Positions 11,160-23,727 of a stretch of 64,000 nt of DNA are shown here, one piece after another. The notes under the pieces were generated by a model. That model made no database searches, was not told the origin of the DNA, and saw only the letters and a list, made by a program, of their open reading frames with translations. The position numbers were made by a program, and so were the translations under genes. The DNA is from Scenedesmus sp. PABB004 (lineage: Eukaryota). How positions within the stretch are numbered: position 1 is the first letter of the stretch; each line of letters starts with the position of its first letter. The stretch spans positions 186,001 to 250,000 of the forward strand of contig JABVCE010000023.1 in assembly GCA_014905635.1 (NCBI GenBank), written 5' to 3'.

Positions 11160-11847
11160 GCGTGGCGGCGGCGCGGGAGCGCGGGCGGGGCGGGGCGCGC
11201 GGCCTGAGCGTGGCGGAAGGGGGGGGGGCATTCCTGCGAGCGCGCGGCCGCGGCGCGCCGCGGCCGGCGCCGGCGCTGCGTTTTGTGCTCTGCGAGAGCG
11301 GCGGCGGCCGCGGCCGCGGTGCGCCGGCACGCCGGCGCCAGACTAGCGTGCGCTCTGGCGCCGGCGGGGCACATGCGCGTGCTGCGCGCGGCGCGCAGCG
11401 GTGCTGGTGTCAGGTAGGCAGCTTGCGGGCGCGGGGGCAGCAGCACGTGGCAGCGTAGGGCAGCGGGTGTGTGGTGTGGTGCGCGGGGCGCTCTGGGCAG
11501 CGCGGCGGGCGCGGCTCGCCGCCGTGGCTCACGGCGGCCGGACCGCGCCGCGCTCGTCCAGCTGGCCGCACGGTGAGCCAGGCGATCGTGTGTGTGCGTA
11601 GCTAGCGCAGCGGCGCGTCCCGGGCAGCAGTGCCTGGTTTTGGGGTCGGGCGGCGGCGCTCGCTCGCGCGGGCAAGCCCGTCTGGCGCGCCGCAGCGATG
11701 CGGCCCCGGCAGCGTTTCTTAGGCACGGTCAGCTGTTCCCACCCTGTCTGCTTGTCGCGCGTGCAGGGCGGCGCGCGCCGGGTCGTGGCGTTGTGACGGC
11801 CCAGGTGGTTAACGCCACCAGCCGTCAGCGCAGCGCGCGCGGCGCAC

Positions 11848-13953
11848 TCAGGCGAAGGAGAATGGCCAGCCGCCCTTGCGCTGCTGCTGCTGCGGCTCCG
11901 CCGGCGCCGGCGCGGCGGCCGCCGCCTGCGGCGAGGGCTTCTTGCCGGCCAGGCGCGCGAGCTCGGCGGCGAGCGCCGCCTTTTCCCGCTCCAGCGCTGC
12001 GCGCTCATCCTCCAGCTGCTGCCTCTCCTTGGCGAGTGCCGCGCCCTCGGCCGCGCTCTCCTGGTTCTCGATCCGCCCGCTCGTGTCCTTGGCGCTCGTG
12101 AGCACGACCTGCGCGTGCGCAAGGATGGGGCCCGGGGCGCGTCGGCCGCGGCGGCGCGCGCGAGCTGCGCCTGTCCGCGTTGCGCGCGCAGCCCTCGGCG
12201 CGGCGCCGCGCCTGCGTGGGCTGGGCCATGCGCATCGCGACGCCCATGCTGCCGATGCCCTCCACCACGTCGCACGAGTCCGCGGCCACCGCCGCGACCT
12301 GCGCCGGGGCGCGCGCGGGCGGTCGGGCGCGCGGCGCAAGGCGAGCGAGGAGAGCCGGCGCGCTGTGCCCGCCAGCCCTGCTTGATGCCCCCGCAGCCTC
12401 CCGCGCGCGCTGCTGGGGTGTAGGCCCGCAGCGCGCGCCTAAACCTCCCGCACCTCGCCGCCGTACTGGTACTCCATGACATCGACCGTCGCGGCGCGCG
12501 CGCCCGCCCACGCGCTGCCCGCCGCGCCGAGCACCGCGTCGCGCACGGCCGCGATGTCCTGCGGCCGGCCGGGCGCGGGCCGGCGGGCGCGGGCGCGCGT
12601 CGGCGGGTGCCGGGCAGCGCGCGGGAGGCGGCGGGCGGGCGCGGCGCCGCCCGCGCACCCACCCACCCGGAGCAGCTCCATGCCAATGCCGCCGACCGCG
12701 ACCAGCGGCTCCGGCACCTTGCCGCCCTCGCCCGCCTTGTCCTTGCCCGCGGCGCTGGTCACTGTCTGTACGAGGCTCGTGCCGATCTCGGCCGTCGCGG
12801 CCTGCATGCCCGTCGCGACGCCCTTGGCCACCGCCGCGCCCGCCGCCGCGGCCTGCTTGGTCTTGCCGATCCTGCGGCCGCCGCGCGCTCAGGGCGCGGG
12901 CCCGCGCCGCCGCCGCCGCCGGGGCCGCCGCCGCCGCCCCTCCGCCGCCCGTCCCGGCGCCGCGCCGGCCGCCCCCGCGCCGCGCGCACTTGTCCTTGAC
13001 GTCTGGCGCGACCTCGACCGGCCGCTCCGCGGGCTTGGGCGCGTACTTTTTGTGCATGTCGGCGGCCGCGAGGAACGCGGCGTTGGCGGCGTCGCCGGCC
13101 TGCTTGAGCAGCATCTGCGTGTCCTCGGCGCCCTTGCGCATGATCTCGTTGATCTGGGCAGAGCAAGGGAGCAAGCCAAGGGACCAAGACGAAGGCGCGG
13201 CGCGGCGGTGGCGGGGCGGGGCGGGGGGCGGGCGTGGGCGGCGGCGGGCCGAGCGGAGCCGGGCACGGCGCGCGGCGCGCGGCGCGCGGCGCGCGGCGTG
13301 GCGCGCGGCGCACCGTCTTGGGATCAATCTGGGGCAGCGGGAGGTTGAAGGGCACCGCGTTTTTCTTGACGCTGCTGCTGACGTGCAGCGTGCTCAGCTT
13401 GCCCAGGACCTGCTCCAGCACCTCGAGCTCGTGCGCCGCGTGGTTGCGCTTGAAGATGACGCAGTAGAACGTGTCCACGTCGCGTTGCTTGACGCCGCTG
13501 AAGATGAAGGTCGGCTCGCCGGCGTCCGACAGGCTGCGCATCGTGTGCGACGCGAGCGCGAGGCTCCACCGCACGCCGCCGGCGTCGAGCACGGCCGACA
13601 GCATCGGGTACGCGCGGCTGGGCGACGCGCTGAACACCTCCAGCGGCACGCCCGCCTTCAGCTGCGTGCGCGCCTTGCCGACGACCTGGTGACGGCGCAG
13701 GCGGAGCGGAGCAGCGGCGGCGGCGGGTGACGCTCGCACGGCGCGGCGACGCGGGCTCCGCGGGGCTCGCATGCACCACAGGCAGCATGCAGGCTAGAGG
13801 GAACGTCAGATGCGCCTCTCCGCGGGGCGCCACGGCGCCTGGGCCGGCCGGCCAGGCTGCGATGGACTGCGGGCGCACCTCATACAGCTCGACGGGCCCC
13901 GCCGCGAACAGCTTGCTCGCCGGGTCCAGCGCCGGCAGCGTTGGCGTCGCCAT
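11848..13953 (-). CDS. Senescence/spartin-associated domain protein (ERD7-like), 7 exons
   Basis: Spliced MATPTLPALDPASKLFAAGPVELYE|VVGKARTQLKAGVPLEV...FYCVIF...ELEVLEQVL..., then amphipathic helices with AATVDVMEYQYGGE|VAAVAADSCDVV, matching the 'V.H/Y.YG..A' motif of the Senescence domain. Last intron 12109-12211 is GC-AG. Confidence 0.7.
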
Positions 13954-14296
13954 GGACGCTGCGCAGCGGCCTGCGCAGGGGCTTGGCAGCTCCAGGCCGG
14001 GCGCGGTCTGAGCTGCGAGCGCAGGCGGGCGGCGCGCGCGTGCGGCCAGGGACGTGCGTGTGTGCGTATCGGCCGCAGACAGCCGGTGCACGCTGCCGCG
14101 GGCCCGGCAGTTGTGCGGGCGGCGGTGGCGAGGCGGAGTCACCCGCCGCGGGCGCACGAGGGCGAACAGGCACACAGCTGGGAGGAGCACGCGGCCCGCT
14201 GCCTCAGCTCCACCGTATACCGACCGCTGTTTACCCCCGGCCGGGTGCAGCAGCACAGCAGCACAGCGGGCGCCGCCGACGTCCGGACGACGCGCG

Positions 14297-16292
14297 TCAC
14301 CGCCGCGCGGCCTTGCGCGCCTCCATGCGCCGCGCGCCGACGTCCGACTGGATCTGGTCCAGGATCTCCCCGCGTCGAAGAACTTGCGCTGCGCGGCGCC
14401 CCAGCCGCCGAGCTTGCTGTCGACGTCCCACGTCGTGATCGCCGGCTGCCCGGCGAGGTGCTCGGCCGGCGTCTTGCAGAGCTTGCGGTTGGTGCGGAAG
14501 CCGACCTTGCCAAACTCGACCTGCGCGGAGCGCGGCGCGACGCGTCGGCCTGGGCACCGCGGGGAGGCGGCGCGGCGCTGTGGGCCTCATCCACCCTCGG
14601 AGCCCACCTGGGCCTCGGGCGTGAAGAGGAAGCGCGCAAAGTCGTGCGCCGCCGCGCGCGCCGCGGGCGGGCGGCCGTCGAGCACGCGGTCTACGAGCGC
14701 GAGCGGGCACTCGATGCGCACGTTGGGGCTGGGCACCACGTACGGCAGCGCCTTGCCCGCGCCGTACACCTGCGCGCCGGGCGGGGCGCGGCACGGCGGC
14801 GCGTCGGCGGCCGCCGCGCCGGCGCCGCGGCGCGCCCCCGCCGGCGCGCTCCCGCCTGCGCGCCCCCCGCCGGCCCAGGAAGGCTGGCGGCCCCGCCCCG
14901 CCGCGCCTGGTTGGTGAGGACGACCTCGTTCTCGTACGTCAGCAGCACGTCGCCGAGGCGCTGGCGATAGAACACGTCGCTCGCCTCGCGCGCGTCGCGC
15001 GGCTGGATGAGCACGTTGTCAAAGACCTGCGCGCGACGGCAGCAGGGGCGGTGCGGTGACGGCGACGCGCGGCGGTTGAGACGCGGCCGTGCTCGGCGTG
15101 CGCCGCAGGGGGCGGCGGCGCCGCAGCCGGGCCCCCGCGCGGCGCCGGCCGGCCGGCCGCCGCAGCTGGGTCCCCCGCCCGCACCTTGGTCACGTATTCC
15201 CGCGCCGCCGCGTCGCCGCGGCGCATGTGGCTGCCCCAGAGCGCCAGGAAGATCCAGCGCGCCACGCCCGCGGTCTTGGGGTTCGCCACGATCACCTGCA
15301 GGCCCGGCTGCAGCAGGTCCTCCCAACTCCGGATGCCGCGCGGGTTGCCCTGCCGCACGACGAGCGCGACGGTCGTCTCGCACACTGCGGCGCGCGGCGG
15401 CGGCGGCGGCGGCGGCCGTGAGCGGCGCAAGGAGCGGCTGCGCGTGCGCACACGCACGCGCTCGGCCCCGCCGCGCCGCACCGACTGATCGCAGCGGGTA
15501 CGCCTTGCGCCAGTTGGGCGACAGCAGCCCCGAGTCGGCAATCTTCTGCACGTCCAGCGGCAGCGCCAGCGCAACCAGGTCCGCCGGCAGGCCGTCGATC
15601 ACCGCGCGTGCCTGGCGGGCACGGGCGCGGGCGCGGGCGCGCGGGCGCTGCTCGGCGGCGCGCGCCGCGCCCGCGCCCGCGCGCTGGACCTCCTCCCCGC
15701 CGCGCGCGCGCGCGCGCCTGCACGCCGCTGCCCGCAAAGGTGAGCCGGAAGCGCACGTCCACGCCCTTGTCTGCGATATACTGCTCCCGGAAGAGCTTGG
15801 TCAGGCGCACGTAGGCGAGCTTGGTGACCGCAAACGACGCGAGCGTCAGCACGACCGCCTCCGGCGCGGCGCCCAGCAGCGCGAACGGCTGCGGGCGCGC
15901 CGGCGCGCCGCCGCCGGCGCCGCCGGCGCCGCCGCCGTCGCCGCCGCCGGGCCAGCCGCCGCCGCCGCGCGGGCCGGCCGCACCCGGCGCGGGCGCCGCC
16001 GCGCCGTGGCCGCCGGCGGGCGCCGCCGCGGGCGCCGGCAGCGCCGCCGGGTGGGCCGCCGCCGCGATGCCGAACAGCCAGCGCGGCGCGGGCCTGCGGG
16101 CAGGCGCAGCCGCGGGGCGGGCGGCGCGCGCGCGGCGCGTGGAGCGGGCGGCGGCGAGCCCTCGACGCGGCGGCGAGCCCTCGCTGGCGCGCAGCGCTGC
16201 CGCGCCGCCGCACACCTGGAGACCTCAGGCCGCGCTCCAGGCCGCGCCGGGCCGGGCGCCCGGCCGGGCGCGCCAGCCGCCGCGTCGGCCAT
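14297..16292 (-). CDS. SBP: Chloroplast sulfate ABC transporter sulfate-binding protein (Sbp/CysP-like), 7 exons
   Basis: LTLASFAVTK...FAGSGVQ|ARAVIDGLPADLVALAL...VRQGNPRGIRSWEDL...ANPKTAGVARW...PRDAREASDVF...GDVLLTYENE...LGGWGAAQRKFFDAGEILD, with an N-terminal low-complexity transit-like extension. Introns 15612-15717 and 14770-14906 are GC-AG. Confidence 0.93.
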
Positions 16293-16961
16293 GCGAGCGC
16301 ACGGCCGCTGCTCCGCTGCCGCCGCCGCCGCCGCCGGCGCCGCCGCGCCTGCCCGCTCGCGGGAGCGCCGTCCGGTCGGTCGGCGCTGACGCCGGGCGGG
16401 CGGGGCCGGCTTTTTGGATGGCGGGCGGTGGAACTGCAGGAACGCGAGGACGGCGGGTGCGCCGCGGCTCGCGCGTGCCAGACGCCGGGGCGAGCCGCAG
16501 TGGGCCAGCGATCGTGGCGAGCGGGCGGGGCCGTCTGCCGGGCGGGAGGCCGCGTTCTGCTGCTTTGTTGTCACTCCGCCGGGCGCGCAGGGCCCCCGCT
16601 CTCTGCAAGCGCGCTGCCGGCCGAGCGCAGGCCGTGGCACCACCAGGTGGCCCAGCACGTGCAGGCCCCGCCGCCGCCGGCGCTCCACCGCCGCGCTGCG
16701 CCGCGCCCGGCGGCCGGCCGCGCGCCGCCGCGCCGGGTGCGATGATGAGTGGCTCGCCGCCGCCGCGCCGGCCCGGGCGCTCGCGTGGCTTTTTCGATCG
16801 GGTGCGACGGGCCGAGCGGCGCGCAGGGCCCTTTGCAGCACGCGATGCTGCCCGCGGTTCAGGTTTCTTGGCTGCTCGCGCACTGCGAGCTCCGGGGCCG
16901 CGCTGGGCTCGCCCTCTTCCCAGCGGTCAGCCCCGGCAGCCGCAGCCGCGCCGCTGACAGC

Positions 16962-18499
16962 ATGGCGCCCAAGGGTGAGCGGGGCCGGCGGGAGCAGCCG
17001 GAGACGGCGGGCGGCGGTGGCGCCTGGCGCCCGCCTGGGGCGCGGGGCACTCCGCGTCCAGCACCCGCAGCACCGATCGCGTGCTGCGGGGGGCGGGCGG
17101 GCCCGCGCTGGGCCGGGCAGCAGGCGGCAGGCCCTCGCCTGGCGCCCTGGCGCAGCGCCGGCGCGTGGCAGGCCTCCCCCGGGGCACCACGTCGGCTTGG
17201 GAGCTCGCCGCGCTGGCGCACGGGCAGCGGGGGCCGCCCGCTTGGGCGGGAGGGCGTCGGCAGCTGATGGGCCTTGCCCCGCGCCCCGCTCGCAGGCAAC
17301 GCCAAGGCCGCGGCCGGCAAGGCCGCCAAGGCGGTGAAGAAGAACACCTGGAAGAAGTCGCTGAAGCCCCGCTTCAGCGTGGTGTTCCACCGGCCAAAGA
17401 CGCTCAAGCGCACGCGCGACCCCAAGTACACCAAGAAGAGGTGCGCGGGCCCGCCCCCCGCGCGCCCCAGGGGCTCCCCTCCCGCCTGGCGCCAGCGCGG
17501 CGCCGGCGGCGCGGCGCTGGGGGCGCGGCGGACGGCAGACGGCGGACGGCGGCAGCAGCGGCGGCGCAAGCAGCAGCGGCAGCGGCGGCTGCTGGAGGCG
17601 CGGGGCGCAACCGCTGGAGCCCGGAGTGTGGAGCTGGCGGTGGCGGCGGGCAGTGGCGGCGGCTCACGCGCAGGAGCAGAGGAGCCGCAGCGGCAGCGGA
17701 GCCGGCGGCCGCGGCAGGGCTGCAGCAGCTGGCGGCTGCGGCAGCGCGCGGCAGCGGCAGCGCGCGGCAGCGGCAGCGTGCGGCAGCGGCAGCGCGCGGC
17801 AGCGGCAGCGGCAGCTGGCAGCAGCAGGCAGGAGGGACCTGCGTGGGCGGCCGCGCTCGTGCGCGCGCGCGCAGCCGCGCCTCACGCCCGCCGCGCCCGC
17901 CGCGCCCGCCGCGCGCAGCGCTGCTGGCCTCGAGAAGCTCGACCAGTTTGCGGTGCTCAAGTGCCCGCTCACCACCGAGTCGGCCATGAAGAAGATTGAG
18001 GACAACAACACCCTGGTGCGGCGCGCGCCGCGCGGCGGCGGCGGCGGGCGGCGGCGTGCGCCGGCCCGGGCTGCGCGGCGGCGGCGGGCGGCGGGCGGCA
18101 GGAGAGGGGGCGCGAGCAGGCGGCAGGCGGCAGCAGGCGGCGGGGCCGGCGGGCCGCGCGCCGACGCGCGTCGCGTGCGTGCGCCCTCAGGTCTTCCTCG
18201 TGGACGTGCGCGCCGACAAGAAGAAGATCAAGGCGGCGGTGCAGAACATGTACGACATCCAGACCAAGAAGATCAACACCCTCATCAGGTGCGGGGCCTC
18301 GCAGGACGCGGCCTCGCAGGACGCGCGCGGCGGGCGGGCAGGGCGCGCTGTTGCCCGCGGCGGCGCCTGCGGCGCGGCCGCCCACGCGCCGCGCCGCCCG
18401 CGCCACTGCCGCAGGCCCGACGGCCAGAAGAAGGCGTACGTGCGCCTCACGGCCGACTACGACGCGCTGGACGTGGCCAACAAGATTGGCATCATCTAA
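16962..18499 (+). CDS. RPL23A: 60S ribosomal protein L23a (uL23), 5 exons
   Basis: MAPK|G...[111 protein letters not shown]. Confidence 0.98.
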
Positions 18500-18866
18500 A
18501 GCAGCAGCGTGGTCGGGGCCGGCGCGCGGGCGCCGCGCCGCCGCCCGCTGCAGGCGCAGCGGGCGCGTGCGCGCAGCCGCCGCGCGTGGTCGGGTGGCGG
18601 TAACTCTCTCCTCCACGTCCGCGTCGCGGCCGGCTGGCTGGCGCCCGCCGCGCCGCGGCGAGGCCGTCTCACAGCCCTGTGAGACGCAGCCGCCGGGTCT
18701 GGGCGGTTTGTGCAGTTACCGGCCGCCGCGGGGCCGCGCCGCCAGTCTTCCCGGCCGCGCGCCGCCGTCGCCGCGCCCGTGCGCCCGCGCGAGCGCCGTG
18801 CCCCCAGCGCGAGCAGCCGCGCCCCGCGCTCGCAGCAGCCCCGCCGCCGGGGGCGGCGCCGGCGCG

Positions 18867-20496
18867 ATGCAGTTCCGCGAGGTCGCCTGGAGCCAGCAGC
18901 TGTACTACCAGCGCCTGCTGCACGGCCCGGGTGCGGAGGTGACGGAGCGGAGCTACCCCAACTACCCTGGCACCGCGCTGCGCGAGGTCATCCGCCAGAG
19001 CGGGCACCCGCACAATGTGGAGCCGCTGCTCCTCACCCTGCGCCGCCCCGCCAACGCGGTGACGCGCCGGCGCTTCGCGGAGGCGGCGGGGGAGCTGGTG
19101 CTGATCGAGAAGGCCACGAGCGCCGCCGCGGTCGTGAGCGACCTGCAGGTCGCGGTGCACGGCCGCGTGCTCGAGGCCGCCGACGGCATCCTGTACCCCA
19201 CGCCCGCCTGCACCACCAAGTACGAGGTCTGGCTGCGCGTGGAGATGCTGGACGTGCTGCGCCTCATGACCGAGGAGGGCCTCGTGCGCAGCCTCGTGCC
19301 CGAGATGCAGGCGCGCCTCGTCGCCGACATGCTCGCCCTCACCGCCGACGCGGGCCAGCACGAGCTCGTCCGCCTCTATGCCTTTGCCGCCGCGCTGGCC
19401 GCGATCAAGCGCTTCCACGCCGCGCGCCCGGCCGCGCTGCGCGCCGCGGGCGGCGGCTTTGCCGCGGTGGCGCTCGCCTACCTGCGCGAGCTGCTCGACG
19501 CCGGCGCCCGCCCCGCCGACAGCGTGTTTGCGGACCCCTTTGAGCTGCTCAAGGGCCTGGGCACGTGCATCGAGGCGCTCGCGCTGCTCAGCCGCCTCAC
19601 GCCCGCCGGCGAGTGCGTGCTGCCGGCCGCGGGCGGCGGCGGCGCCGGCGCGGACGGCGGCGACGCGTCGGCGCGCGCGCCCGGGCTGGCGGCGCTCGCG
19701 GAGGCGGGCGCCGCGCCGCTGCTGGCGGCCGCGCTCGAGGAGGTCTGGCGCCTGCTGGCGGCGCGCGACTCCTTTGAGTACACGCCGCTGCCGCCCGCGC
19801 CGCCCGCCGACGACGGCGACGGCCACGGCGACGACGGCGACGACGCCGCGGACGACACCCCGGAGCGCGCCGCGCTGCGCGCGGCGGCTGAGGCCGCCGC
19901 GGCGGCGGCGGGCGTGAGCTTTGAGGAGAACTGGGCGCGCTTTCTGAAGGCCGTGTACGACACGCCGCTCGTGCCCGGCCTCGCGCGCGCGGCGCTCGTG
20001 CTCGGCGGCGGCCTCGCGCAGCAGATGGCGCAGCAGGTGCGCGCGCGGGGAACGCGCGCGCGTGGTGACGCCGGCTGCTGCCGCGCGGCGCCCCGTCCGA
20101 GCTCACGCCTCCGCCGCCGCCGCGCAGGGCGCCGCGGACGCGCTGCCGAGCGCCGAGGTGGCGCGGGCGCTGGCGGCGTACTCGGACCCGCTCCTGGCGG
20201 CGGTCGGCGCCGCGCTGCTGGCGGCGCGCGACGGCGGCGCGGCGGCCGACGGCGGCAGCGGCGGCGGCAGCATCCTGAGCCTGCCGGCGGCCCAGGACAT
20301 CGAGCTCGCGGCGTTTGCGCGGCTGTGCGCCGCATGCTGCAAGCCGGAGAGCCGCGCCGCGCGGCAGCTCCGCTGCAGCGCGTGCGGTGTGTCGGTCTAC
20401 TGCAGTGCGGCGTGCCAGAAGGCGGACTGGAAGGCGGGGCACAAGGCCGTCTGCAAGGAGCTCGGGGAGAGCCGGGCCAAGCTCGCGGCGGCGTGA
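18867..20496 (+). CDS. MYND-type zinc finger protein (2 exons)
   Basis: C-terminal CAACCK...LRCSACGVSVYCSAACQKADWKAGHKAVC is a MYND finger. The helical N-terminal region is of unknown type. One GT-AG intron at about 20037-20127. Confidence 0.88.
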
Positions 20497-21379
20497 GCGC
20501 GCGGGTGCGGGCGCGCAGGCGACGACGCGCTGTGCGCGGGTTAACGCGGCTGCGGCACCGTCAGACGAACACTCCGTCGGTCAGTCGACTCATCGGCAGT
20601 GATTGATGGCCTCCCGAGCGACGCGCGCGTGCAGCCGCGGCCCCCCAATCAGGGGCGCCACGCCGCGCGCGACGTACAAATTCCAGGCACCCAGCTGGGA
20701 GCGTGCGCTGGCCTAGCCCACCTCGCTCGCTCCGCGGCCGGGCTTCTTCTTGGACACACCAACGCAACGCGCAACGCACACGCGCCGGGGGCGCAGCACA
20801 TCGCCGCCGAGCCGGCGGGCACGCACGCGCCCGGCAGCGCCCCCCTCACTTGAGCAGGATCGGGATCGGCGCCCGGCGCGAGCATTGCTGCTCGCGCGGC
20901 GGCCACCCCGCGCCCGCCACAGCCGCCGCGCGGCGCGAGGCGAGGGAGGGGAGGGGGCACAATCACGCCCGCAGCGCGCGTGGCAGCGCGGCAGGGATGT
21001 CGATAGATAGGTGCACACACACACACATGCACGAGCGGCGCAGCCAGGCGCCGGCCGCACAGGCGCGCGCAGGCGTGACGATATGAAATGGCCGCCGGCA
21101 TCGCAACGGGGGCCAGCAGCCCTAACCGCGGCCGGGTGGCCAGTCAATTCTCGTCGGGTGTGGAGGTCAGTGTGTGCCGCAGCCGCGCGGTCGGCGCGCC
21201 CCCGCGGTTCGCCGCCGCCCGCCCGCCCCCGCAGCACGCCCCTGCGCGCCGAAGCGCCTCGCCGCCTACGCTGACCCTGACGCTCTTAGCCGCCGCTCGC
21301 AGCCGCCACGCGGCAACGCAGCGGCCCCTCAACCCTGGTCGGCGCGCCTGCGCCGCAGCAGCGGCCCCCGCCTCTGCTG

Positions 21380-23692
21380 CTAGGAGTCCGCCGCCACCGC
21401 CGCCGGCGGCGACTGCTGCTGCCTGCTGGTGTCCAGCGCCTGCAGCAGCGTCGCCAGCCCCGCGGGCGACGCGGAGCCGGCGCCCGCGCCGCCCACGCTG
21501 ATCGGCGAGCCCATGGGCGCCGCCTGCGCCGCGGCGAGGCCGGCGACGGCAGCCGGGCCGTCGCACTCCATCGCCGCCGCCGCACCCGCCGCCGCCGCGC
21601 CCTGGTCCGGCTGCCGCGCCGCGTCGCGCGTGCCCTGGCCGGGCGCCGCGCTCGGCGATGCGCGCTGCTGGTCGGCGGCGGCCGCCGCCGCGGCCGCCGC
21701 CGCCTCGGCGCCCTTGGCGGCCGCCTGCGCGTCGTGCCCCGCCGCGCTGCACGCGCGGCTCAGCCGGCTCAGGCGGCTCGGCGGCGCGGCGGGCTGCGGG
21801 GCCGCGGCGGCCAGCGCCGCCTTGCTCGTGCCGCTGCGCGCCAGCGCCAGCGGCCCGGCCAGCGCCGCCGCGATCGTCACGCCGCCGCCCGCGTCGGCGC
21901 CCCAGCCGCCGCCGCCGGCGAGGCCGCCGAGGCCGCCGACGTCCGGCGCCGCGCCGAGGCCGCTGCCCGCGCCGGGGCTCTGCAGCGGCGAGGCGCTGCC
22001 CTCCAGCCCGCCCCCGAGGCTGCTGCCCAGGCCCGCGAGGCTGCTGCCAAGGCCCGCGAGGCCGCCGCCGCCGCCGGCCAGGCTCAGCGCGCGGTACGCG
22101 CTGCCCGCGCCGCCGGCGCCGCCCGGCGCGCCGCCCGGCGCGCCGCCCCAGCCGCGCGCCACCGCGGCCTGCTGCGCCGCCGCGTGCAGCAGCGCCGTGA
22201 CGATGGGCGAGTCGGCCGCGCCGCCGGCCGCGCCGCCGGGCTCGCCGCCGCAGCCCGGCTCCTGGCTGCCCGCGCGCGCGCGCCCCGGCTGCGCCACCGT
22301 GGTCAGCAGGTGGCCCTTCATCGCCGGCACGTACACCTGCGCGGCGCGCGGGTCGGGGCGGGTCGGGGCGGGTCGGGGCACGGCCCGCCGCAGGGCCTAC
22401 GGGCGGGCTCCAAGGTTAATCAGGCCCTGGGCTCGGCAGCCCGGCGGCCCGGCAGCCCGGCGTGCGAGCGCAGCGCCGCGCTCCGCAGGTCAGGCGGCGG
22501 GCGCGGGTGCGGCGGGCGGGTGGCGCACCGCGTTGTAAAAGGCGATGATGTCGCCGCTCGCCGTCGCGACGAGCCCCGGGTCGCTCTGCGCCAGCACGAC
22601 GGTGCGGAAGACCTCCTGCTTGGCGTGCGCCTGGCGCTTGTAGTGGCCGATGATCTCACGAAACGTTACCTGCGGCGGCGGCGCAGAGGCAGCGGCGCGG
22701 CGGTGCGCGGTGCGGCGAGCGGCGGCGTTGCGGCGTGAGGGAGAGGGCAGCACGCGACGGGCGCGGGCGCGGGCGCGGGCTCGCCCGGCGGCGCGGGCGC
22801 GACGGCGCGGGCGCGGGCGCGGGCGTGGTCACCTGGTTGAGGCGGTGCACCTTGCAGTAGCCGTAGAGCGACGCGAGCAGCAGCGTGTCGAGGTGGCGCC
22901 TGGCGCGCGGCACGCGGGCGGGGGCGGGGGCGGCCGCTCGGCGCGGCGCCGCGCGGCCCCTGCACAGGCCTGGTTTTGCAGCGACGGCTGCGGTGGCGGC
23001 TGCGGCGTGGTCCTCGCACGCGGGCACGGCGGCCTCACCCGTAGAAGAGGTACGTGTGGTGGTGCAGCGCGTGGCTGAGCACCTCGTGCACCGCCGCGAC
23101 GACGTCCTCGCGCTCCATCGGCGAAAAGTCGAGCCCCTCGCTGCGGCCACGCGCGCGGGGACGGGGCGGGCGCGCGTGGGCGGCGCGCACGCGCGGGCGC
23201 GCCGCGCGGCCGCAGCGCGCGCCGCGCGGCCGCAGCGGCTGCGCGGCCCGCACCTGACGGCGACGAGGCGGAATGCGGCGAGCTTGAGGACCTTGCGGGC
23301 ATAGTCCAGCAGCACGGCGCGCGCGGACGCGTCGCCGCCCGGCGGCGGCGGCGCACCGGGCGCGCCGAGCGCGCGCGGCAGTGGCGCCTCGGGCGCCTCC
23401 GGCGCAAACGCCTCGGCGGCGTGCGGGTGCGACGTGACGCCGCCGTCCTCGCCGCGCTGGCGCTTGGGCGCCAGGCTCGGCGGCGCGGGGCCAGCGCCGG
23501 CGCGCGGCGCGCCGTCGCCGCCGGGCGCGGCCTCCGCGTCCATGGGCTCGGGCGTCGCGCTGCTGCTGTGCGCGCCCGCGCGCTTGCGCGAGCCGCCTGC
23601 GTCCGGCCGCTGCTCGGGCTCGGCCTCTGCCGTCGCCTGCGGCAGCGCCTGCTGCTGCGGCTCCGCCCTGCCCTCGGCCGCCTCCAGCGGCA

Positions 23693-23727
<35 letters not shown>

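Noticed and set aside
14297..16292. Bacterial-like sulfate-binding protein as contamination or recent HGT
   Set aside because: It has spliceosomal introns and a transit-like extension. Nuclear-encoded plastid sulfate ABC subunits are established in green algae.
16742..16958. Box C/D snoRNA (ATGATGA ... CTGA) upstream of RPL23A
   Set aside because: The boxes are over 200 nt apart with no terminal stem or recognisable rRNA guide, and they lie in promoter/5' UTR sequence.
21120..21128. Telomere-like CCCTAA/AAACCCT words (also near 49804 and 52899)
   Set aside because: These are isolated single copies with no array.
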